From Spizellomyces punctatus DAOM BR117 (lineage: Eukaryota): 64,000 nt of DNA. The notes beneath the pieces are model-generated. The model saw only the letters and a program-made list of their open reading frames with translations. It searched no databases and was not told where the DNA came from. Each line of letters starts with the position of its first letter. Within the stretch, counting starts at the first letter, position 1. Shown piece after piece: positions 54,484 through 64,000 of this stretch. The stretch is taken from assembly GCA_000182565.2 (NCBI GenBank), contig KQ257450.1; one strand, given 5' to 3'. Made by a program: the position numbers and the translations under genes.

Positions 54484-54870
54484 TATGTATGGATGGTTGT
54501 TGGCATTCAGGCCATGTATATTTCTTACTCTGTACAAATACAAAAATATCGCAAAGAGAGTGCAAAATGGGATAGGCATACTAAACATAACCCGGACGAC
54601 CCCGCCAGATATTCTTGTTTTTTTTTGCGTTTTCTTCGCCTTATGTCCAAAGGCCAACACATTCATCTCATATGTAAAAAAGTACGACATCTACCTCCGA
54701 CAATGGCCTATGTTACATCCCAGAATCATATGCACGATGATCGTCGTCTAAACTCATAACCGCATGTGATGTTTTTGCTACAGATGTTCATCATACAGCA
54801 TATTGAGCAAATCAGATACAAATATATACAGAACCCCGGAATCCTCACCTCACACCTTTCCAATTGAAGT

Positions 54871-57800
54871 CTATGACGAGCCACTGGGGCTGTACGCAGC
54901 GCCATTTGGCTTGGATGTACTGCTACCAGTGCCCGTTGAAGGGTTTGCACCAGCTGGAGCATACCCCCCGCCAGCGACCGGTCCTGGAGAGGTTGGGCTG
55001 AATGTTGGGGATGTGGGGGAATATTGTGGAGACGTCGGCGAGTATTGCGGCGACGTCGGGCTATATTGAGGTGATGTCGGAGAGTATTGAGGCGAGGTTG
55101 GCGAATACTGCGGTGAAGTGGGCGAGTATTGCGGTGATGTGGGGCTGTAGCTCGGACTCGTAGGTGAGTACATGGGAGACGTTGGCGAGTACTGAGGTGA
55201 AGTGGGACTGTAATTGGGCGACGTTGGGGAATACGTCGGGCTCGTTGGACTGTATTGCGGCGATGTTGGCGAATACGTTGGACTGGTAGGAGAGTAACTA
55301 GGGCTTGTAGGGCTGTAGCTTGGAGACGTTGGCGAGTAACTCGGCGACGTAGGACTATAACTCGGGCTAGTCGGCGAATAACTAGGACTTGTCGGACTGT
55401 AACTGGGGCTAGTTGGCGAATAGCTGGGTGACGTCGGCGAGTAGCTCGGGCTTGTCGGACTATAACTGGGCGATGTAGGGCTATAGCTCGGACTGGTCGG
55501 TGAGTAACTCGGACTCGTTGGGCTGTAGCTCGGACTTGTCGGACTGTAGCTCGGACTGGTGGGCGAGAAGCTTGGCGACGTCGGCGAGTAACCAGGTGAC
55601 GATGGACTGTACCCAGGACTCTGCGGACTGTACGATGGCGAGAATCTAGGTCCACCGGGTCCGCTCCAAGGCTTGCCACCATCGGAATCCACCCCGTAAG
55701 GTGAGAAAACCACAGGTCCAAGTGGGGAATAGCCACCCGCTGGAGTCATTGGCATTGGACTTCGATCCAAGTACGGAGTATGCGCCGGACTCATAAAGCC
55801 TGCCTGGAAACCAATATCCATCGCATGATGGTCTCGCATAGGGTCCATGATGGAGGGCGCCTTTTTCAACATGTCCTCGTCCAAGATAACGTCAACATAT
55901 CCAGTTCCCATAGGTGCCAACTGTCCAAGAATGATATTCTCCGACACACCCTTACAGTCATCAACTTCACCCATGCCAGCTGCTTCAATGAGTAACTCGA
56001 CCGTCTCTTCGAATGAAGATCTGGCCAACGCTCCAGCTTCCGTTCGGTTGATACCATGGCGTGTGATAGCCATCAAGTGACCACGTTGCGTCATAATATC
56101 GCAAAGCAGCGCCAAATGCCGATAGTTGACGTAGGAACCGTCGAACTCGATGACCTTACGCACTTCTTTCAACACTGCCGCACGAGTCGCTTCGATGCCA
56201 AACACATCGTTGATCTCAACAGTGAAGTTGGAGTACGTTCTTTGGGCATCAACTCCATCATGAGCGAGCACGGCAGCCAATGCTGTCCCGTCCGTCTCAA
56301 GGAACCATTCTTTCTCTCCGTTTGCATTAAGTCGTCCGTCGTGATCATAGGTAGGCCGGTTGAATTCAGAAATGAAAGCTCGTTGGATACCAGGGACACC
56401 AGCCAGAGTAATTTGCGTTAGCATATTCTCTTCAACTTTCTTCAAGAACTGGTCTTCATCCAGTTTGCTATCATCATCCTCCTCCCCCTGTTTTGCCTCG
56501 CTCACGATACGCGCAAGAATGACCAACTCCTCCGCGTTGTCATCAGAACACCAACACTTCAAATCGCCTTGGAACTCATCCATAATACGGGCACAGATGG
56601 CTTCGAGACTCAATCCCTTATCGAGCTTTCGTCTGAAATCCAACTTAATGCGCAACACCCACGGTGAGTATCTGCTGAAATCATCGTCCTCCATGTCACC
56701 ATAAGGCTGCATTATAATACGATCTCCTTCAATGACCGAATTCAGTGGGTCCGGATCGTACCAAATCTCCGTCTCCGCCGTAAGGCTCATCAAAGTGGTA
56801 TGTGGGAGTGTACTTTGAATCCGTTTCGCTCGGTCAACAGACGTACGATAATCTGCATCCAAGAATACAGACACACTTGGGGTCTTTATATTCTTAGCAA
56901 CGTTGATGATTTCCTTCAATCGAGGTACACCTAGCGTCACGTTTTTGGAACTGACACCAGCAAAGTGAAACGTGTTCAAGGTCATCTGCGTTGCTGGCTC
57001 TCCGATGGATTGTGCGGCAAGAACTCCAACCATTTCACCCGGGTTGACGATGCATTGATTGAAGCGAGTGTGGATTTCATTGATTATCCAATCAAAGGCT
57101 TCGGGGTTCAGATGGAACTCTTCGATGACACGTCGGGACGCCAACGTGCTTCGAATAAGGATCTGAAACAAAAGTGTGGCATTCTCTTGCCCTTCTCTAC
57201 TGAGATCATCATTTCCGCGAACGACGATCAGCTTTTGCAAGAGATCCTGAACACTGTCCATAACCTTGACAGGATGCAGGCCCGTGGGTTTATTGCGATC
57301 AACTTTGAAGGCATTCTGCGCATTCCATATCATCCGACGAATATTCAGCGGCAATGGCCATGTAGTGGTACTATTGTCACGGAAAATCTGTTGTCGAAGA
57401 ATGCGGCGGTCTTCCTCAAGCTGTTCAAACTCGGCGTCAAACCGTGCCTGCGCTTCGCTTTTGATCAGCTCTTCGGAAATACGGAAGTCCAGCGTATTCG
57501 GTTTCCATCCATGCGGACCATCAGCGACATCAACCTTGTACTTGCTGCGGAACTGCTGGTCAGATATCTTCATGGTGTCCAGGCTCTGCTTTTCCACCTT
57601 TGCTCCGTCCATGCCGTCTTCTCCGTAACAAAATTGAACAATTTCACCTAATGCATTCCGAACCGTGCCATCATACTGTGCCATCAAATCCTCCAGTGCT
57701 TTCACAAGACGGCGTTGAATATACCCAGTTTCTGCAGTCTTCACGGCCGTGTCGATCAAACCTTCACGTCCACCCATGGCATGGAAGAAAAACTCTTGCG

Positions 57801-60800
57801 GTGTCAGACCCCTCAAGTATGAGTTTTCAACAAAACCTCGACTTTCGGGCGTATGATCGTCCTTTGTAAAGTGCGGCAATGAACGATACTTGAACCCAAA
57901 TGGTATACGCTTTCCTTCAACGTTTTGCTGTCCGACACAAGCTGACATTTGCGAAATGTTGATGTACGATCCTTTGGATCCGGCAACCACCATCTGCTTC
58001 ACATTATTGTATTCTTTGAGAGAGGCCTGAGCGCTCTTACCCGCGTTGTCACGGGCACGATTGAGCTCCTTGTTGACTAAGGACTCGAAACTCTCACGGA
58101 TCGTCATACCAGGCAAACCTTCAAGTTTATCAGATTGAGCTTTCTCAATGATTTTGGTCACCTCCTTCTTCGCATTCGAGATAGTTGAGGTAATCTGATC
58201 AGATGTCGGCCGATCTGCGATGGTGTCACCAATACCAATAGAGAATCCGTTTTGCAGTAGCCAATGGTTAACAACCAATTGAGTCCCATTGAAAAACGCC
58301 TTTGCCGCCTCCGGTCCATGCTCATTCATTGTGACGTGAATGATACCATTCGCAGAACTACCCACCGTCTTCTTACAAAGAATGCCGGTGAGCAACTCCC
58401 CGTTTTCAATCAGGACCTTACAATCACTCGAGCTTCCGTCATCTTTATCAGTTTGCTCATCAAATGCAGAGTGGTATCCAGTGACGTTGATTTTAGGTGG
58501 GATGACCAAACTCATGATTTGCTTTCCAGTCCACAAAGGTACCGGCTTAAGAATGGCCGGCTGAGGAACTGTTCCATCCCAATCCGGTACCCACATCAAA
58601 AGGTTCATGACAAAGTCCCGCCGTAGAAAGGTATCGCGCTTTGTGAATTTACGGATACCACAAAGCGTATCCTGAACGATTCCCATAACAGGTGCGTTTT
58701 TTTGCGGTGATACAATTTGCTTTGGTACCATGCAAAGCTCCATCAGCTCGGCTTTTGTCTCATACGACTGCGGCACGTGTAAGTTCATCTCATCTCCATC
58801 GAAATCGGCGTTATACGGACTTGTTACCGACAGATTCAGACGGAAGGTGGAGTAAGGCATAACCTTTACTCTGTGGCCCATCATACTCATTTTGTGTAGT
58901 GACGGCTGACGGTTGAAAATGACAATATCGTTATCCATCAAATGCCGTTCCACGCGATAGCCGTTTTGAAGATGAATATCTCCACCACGGCGATTATACC
59001 GTAGGTCGATTCGTTGGCCATCATCTTTGATGACGTATTTGGCCCCCCCATGTTCTAAAGGTCCCTTTCGTACCATCTCCTGCAAACGGTGAATATTGTA
59101 CGGCGTGACTGTCTCGGGGAAAGTCAAGTTGCGGGCAATGCTCCGGGGTACCCCAACCTCGTCAATCGAAAGATTGGGGTCACCAGTGATGACAGTACGA
59201 GCTGAGAAATCTACACGTTTCCCCATCAAGTTTCCACGTAAACGACCTTCCTTTCCTTTTAGACGAGCTCGAATGGATTTCAACTAAGACACAAACATGA
59301 GTCAACCACAAAACTGCTCTCGTCGAATGACAAGACGATAATGATCTTACCGGTCGCCCAGACTTTTGTAAAGACGGAGGAAGCCCGGCGATGTCATTAT
59401 CCATGTAAGTGGCGATGTGATACTGCAGTAGCTTTTCAAACTCGTTTATGACATGTGCTGGTGATCCTTCCGTCTCGTGCTTCCGCAGAAAGCTATTTGC
59501 CAGGACGATATCACGCAATTTATGTGTCAAATCATCCTGATTTGTCGCCACACCATCCATGCTGACAGCCGGTCGAACTGCCATCGGTGGAACAGGAAGT
59601 ACAGTGATAATCATCCACTCTGGTCGAGCCCAGTCTGGATTTAACCCCAAGCTCATACAATCATCCTCGCTGATCTTCTGGAAAAGCTGATGGACCTTTT
59701 CCGCCGTCAACGGTTCAGTTTTCGGTTCTTGGCCGCTTTCCTCCTGCATAGAAAGGACACAAGATTAATTATGTTGGGAAAAATATGTGAACAAAGCATG
59801 TCCCTTACCTCATCCTTGGTGGCTTTCCAGTACGTAGCTAGCTGCAACGGCCCCTCTTTTTTGAAAATGGGCTGCCTTCCGCCGCAGCCTCCATGAGTGG
59901 GCTTTGACTTGTAGGGATCCTCCATGTCCATCTAGTTGTCAGGTATACTAGGTGAGTTGTCCCAGACAAATGGCAGATCAATGTCTAGCTTTACCATGTC
60001 ATCATCGTCTGGAGCAGTATCGCTGCCCTCGCACACCATTTTGGTCTTGCAAATCTCCCACACCGCATGAAATCGCCGCTTTTTGTCTTTAATGATCCTT
60101 GCCTGGCGAAACCGCTCATTGCTGTGACCGTGGGNNNNNNNNNNNNNNNNNNNNNNNNNNNNNNNNNNNNNNNNNNNNNNNNNNNNNNNNNNNNNNNNNN
60201 NNNNNNNNNNNNNNNNNNNNNNNNNNNNNNNNNNGAGACTATATTGCAGATTCAGTACCTTTAGCTTGCCGCAATGAAAGCACACGCATTCCAAGATCTT
60301 TTTGATCTTGCTGATGAAGCCTACGCGAAGAACATCAATAGAGAGTCACAAACAGTATGGGCATTGCGACATCCAGGCACAGAGCAGGTTCATGATTTGT
60401 TTTCCCATTGGTGACCTCCATTGACACTCTTGCCATCAACTATCAAGCAAGGCTTACCAGCGTGATACACGGGCTTGGCAAGATCAATGTGGCCAAAGTG
60501 ACCGGGACAATCTGTCATGTTCTCGCCACAGGTAGCACATCTGAAGTTCCTATCAGTGGTTCCTAGCCGTCTATCCAGTAGACCGCCAGTTTTGGGGTTG
60601 TTTTCACTTTCATAAAACTCGGGATGCTCCACTTTGACGACAGACATGGCTTTCTACATTTGTCAATAAAGAGAGGAAGAATCAAAGAGGTTGAGGAAAG
60701 ATATTCACATCGGAAATGGCAACCACAAAGTGCAAAAAGTATTGAAAGAAGGTGATAGAGACGGATATATAGCTCCACCAAGAATTCTGAACGAAAACAC

Positions 60801-60900
60801 TCACCGTATCCTCTGGCGAGAGAATGCCGAATTGCACCATCTGCGTCTTTCGCAGCGGCATCGCCGAGGGCGGAAACATTTGCACTCCCTCAGAACGCAT
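54871..60900 (-). CDS. RPB1: RNA polymerase II largest subunit (5' exons plus one long exon; spans an N gap)
   Basis: [49 protein letters not shown] heptad CTD. Confidence 0.99.
54982..55633 (-). repeat. RPB1 CTD heptad array (about 30 YSPTSPx)
   Basis: 21-bp coding repeats; distal heptads end in Q/T/N/M. Confidence 0.97.
60135..60234. other. Assembly gap (about 100 N)
   Basis: Run of N. Confidence 0.99.
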
Positions 60901-61639
60901 TGCTTTGATCGCGGAGGAAAATCAAAGGATTGCCTGAGATGCCCGATGGACGATGAAGAATCACGTAGCAGTGAGCCAGGCGTAGCTGGAGAGTGGAAGC
61001 TGCTACTGCAGGGATATGGAGGAAAGAGTTGTCTTCCCTTGAAGAACAGAGTCTGCTTTACACACCAGATGCGACCGGACAAACGATGGCGGACTGCGTG
61101 CCGATTGTACGGCGACGGGGCCTTCACAATCGAAACGGGGAATGGTACCCGAAAAGAGTGAGAGCGTGCCCTCTCTCGTTATTTAGTATATTATTTTGCA
61201 GTTATTTTGTAGGCTGGGAACTCAAAATGCTGGCAGGTAATGATGTTCGGAAATCTCGAGATTCCCGATTGGTTTGGAGGAAAGCAAACAAGGAGGGGGG
61301 AACAAGCTTGCTTTGTCCAGAAGATATTTTGCCCACTGAATGGTGGCACAGTTTCGCTGTCTCCTAAAAAGGCATTTTAAAATCACCAACCACGCGACCT
61401 TTCATTCGTTGGACTGCTCATAAGCAGTCGATTCTTTTTGAAAAGCTGGAGGGAGGGGAAGAGAGAGAGACTCCCCTTTTTATACTCATCGGCTGCCCTC
61501 CGACATTCCGCGTCATGGGATTCGTCCCTTCCGAAAGTTTCCGGCTTGCTGCGCTTGCTGACATATACATGTTCACGTGACACAATCGGATTACCATACT
61601 GTACTGTACAAGGATTGCTCGTATCGATTCTACTCGTAG

Positions 61640-62593
61640 GATTCCATCCTCGACAACCATGGCACCGTCTACCAACCCGCCTGCGCATCCTCTGCCTACA
61701 TGGGTACACGCAAAATGCGGAAATATTCGGTAAGCGGATAGCGGTGCTTGCCAAGGATCTAAAGAATCTGGCAGAATTCGGTAAGTTGTGGCGGACAACT
61801 CACTCTGAATACTAGCAAAATGCTTCAACTTTATTGACAGAGTTACATGTGTAGTCTTTATTAGCGCACCACATGTTATCCCTGAGAATTCTCCACAGAC
61901 CGATGCCGAGAGGGTAACCTACCCAGAGGGTAAAAGCGTTCCTAAAATCTGATGCCAACTTGTGATCTAATCGTGGTGTCCGTGAAAGGTGATGGACAAC
62001 GAAGATGGTGGAGGGTAGATGACGAAAGTCAAGCATACGAAGGAGCCGAGGAGAGTTTGGAGTTTGTGAAAGGGTAGGGCAGATACATCCTTCATTGAAA
62101 GTCTGCAGCATGCGATTGATCCTGTGTTCAACACACAAAAAGGATATGGAAAAGTCAAGGGCCTTTTCACGGCATCCTCGGTTTCTCCCAAGGCGCGACA
62201 ATGGCAGCATTGCTTGTGCCAATCCTCTCTCCTTCGCCACTGTTTTCCATTCATTTCAGCGGATTTCTACCCAAATCACCTGCGTATATTGTACTGCTTG
62301 ATTCAATCCCACCTCAGATACCATCTCTTCATGTGATGGGACAAGGTGACACATGGGTGAGCATAGAGCGAAGTAGATATTTGGCTGAAAGATTTGGGCA
62401 AGGAAGAAAAGTGGTCGTCCATGACGGAGGGTGAGTTTTTCCTTTTTTTTGTTTTGTTTGGTTTGCTCGGCTAGCTAAACTGAGGGCGAATTCGCACTTC
62501 GTAGACATTTCATTCCAACAAATGCCGAACACCGTCGGACGTACCGGGAGTTTGTTGCACGGTTTATTGAACAACATGATAGTGATAGTGTAG
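61640..62593 (+). CDS. FSH1/OVCA2-family serine hydrolase (multi-exon; start not resolved)
   Basis: LRILCLHGYTQN, GPFHGILGFSQGA nucleophile motif, IPSLHVMGQGDTWV, HDGG-HFIP. Confidence 0.85.
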
Positions 62594-62911
62594 ACTCCAA
62601 GAAAGCCGATATGGAAAACGCATGACTAGATTGGTTAGTTTACTTAGATGACACAGACTGATACATATGTGAATAACCTGTTGAACTTAGCGTTGGAACA
62701 CTGATTTCCCGTGTAGAAATCACTTCTGACAGGCCTAGGAATGCCTGTGGATGGTGGTGACACTTCTGGGTACTGTAACTTGTTTGACTTATGCTAATGT
62801 ACCCTCCTTGCCTATTCCTTCTCTACACTAGGGTCGTCCTGTCCCTGAGGCTTGTGGGATACCTATCTTCGTCTCGGGCTCCCCTAGGTCCCCGTTCCAT
62901 CACGGCCCTTA

Positions 62912-63779
62912 CTATAGAATACAGTCGGATTCCTTCGTAATATATTGATTACCTACATGGCAACCATCACATCTATTGACCCAGAAATCCTCCCAGCCAA
63001 ATTCAGCTGCTTGGTGTTGGTCCTTACCTGAGAACCAAAAATAGTCGCCTCTCCACATGCAATCCAGTGAACCTGCCCAATTAGGGTGTCCTGCTATGTT
63101 TTCCAAAGTCATGTCGTATCGTAAGGTACAACCAGGAGAGTTTGATCGATAGGAGGCCACCAACTGATTCCGCACTTTCCACTGGGTCCACTGCCCTGCT
63201 ATCGTTCCAAAACTGGTTTCTATCCTCTTGGTCCTTGAACCAGTCGCTGGAGTGGTCTTGTTGGCGATATTTCTCCTGCGAAAACGCCATCCCTTCTCTA
63301 AATTGGGATTGAGTCCGCCTGCTCAACCTGTGTCCTAGTCCAGCTGTTCTGTTAACATGGGATAAGTCTTTCGGTTGGTCCCTATCTCCACCCACAAGAG
63401 ACGCCCTGTGCGACACTTCCTCCCCTGAGTACGTGTATGTAACGACAACCGGATCGCTCCCTCCGTTATCTACGAGCGCATTATACGTGCCCTTATTCCT
63501 GAGGTTGTCAAGGTCTTGACATATTAGGGTTATATTCTCCCCTCTTCGCAGGCGGTACTTGACTTCATTTACTAGCGCCCATTCATGTACAGATAGCTTC
63601 TTTCCCCTTATATCGAGAGTTGCGATCCTGAGACAATCTTCATGAGTTAACCAATAGTCGGCCCCTTCTGCCCCTCTGATTATGTCGTCTCTTGAGTGTA
63701 GGGTTGTCCCCTCTGCACCCCTTAATACAACGGAAGCCCAGAAGACTAGCCGCACCAAGTTGTATACTAGTAGATACAT
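62912..63779 (-). CDS. Intronless secreted-type orphan ORF, apparently frameshifted (two overlapping frames)
   Basis: Hydrophobic N-terminus; 232-aa ORF overlapping a second open frame that ends in a Cys/Trp-rich segment at 62912. Confidence 0.4.
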
Positions 63780-64000
63780 TATTACTGCTATATCCTAAAC
63801 TAACGAGGACCTACGGGACGTTTTCAAAAACGACATAGTGAGGCTCTAAAAGTACAAGTCACGATGCATCCTGGACGCCAGAATTCCCAGTGTTCGTGGT
63901 ATGGCCGGTTCCAGTGTGGATCCAAATTGAGGAAATAACACTAACTCTCTCGTGCATGCCAAACGATTGCTGGCTGTTCTCCATTCCTCCACACCATGCC

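Noticed and set aside
46074-54487. The two ghost copies as LTRs of one 8.4-kb retroelement
   Set aside because: Each copy has its own TIRs and TA duplication, and the intervening DNA holds host genes (HPC2-like, TAP42, tRNA) with no gag/pol
54982-55633. Regular 21-bp array that could be mistaken for a CRISPR-like repeat
   Set aside because: It is the coding RPB1 CTD, with no unique spacers
54726-55736. 336-aa Arg-rich alternative-frame ORF
   Set aside because: Shadow frame of the CTD repeats

Overview
Eukaryotic, intron-rich fungal DNA. It is most likely a chytrid such as Spizellomyces punctatus, inferred from the Fanzor sequence and short GT..CTRAY..YAG introns. Host genes include an SH3-RhoGEF-PH-PX protein, an ankyrin protein, a ubiquitin-like/ADP-ribosyltransferase-like protein, a hybrid histidine kinase, YOP1, TSR3, a small Cys-rich secreted peptide, TRP2 abutting a trifunctional TrpG-TrpC-TrpF gene, SMC3, a Rax1-like RGS protein, eIF4G, HPC2/ubinuclein, TAP42, tRNA-Thr(AGT), RPB1 and an FSH1 hydrolase. 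The highlight is an RNA-guided Fanzor (eukaryotic TnpB/Cas12-like OMEGA) system. One intact 2.1-kb element (32165-34291) has 28-bp TIRs, a TA target-site duplication, a CATA motif at its left junction, a complete RuvC nuclease ORF and an omegaRNA at its right end. Two further ~0.75-kb nuclease-less elements (46076-46831, 53754-54483) have related TIRs, the same TA/CATA junctions and an omegaRNA scaffold with compensatory base changes. In place of the nuclease they carry a TATA-driven, spliced transcription unit with conserved exons, divergent introns and a possible 93-aa ORF. All calls were made by eye from the sequence, with no database searches. Coordinates of multi-exon genes are spans and some ends are approximate.
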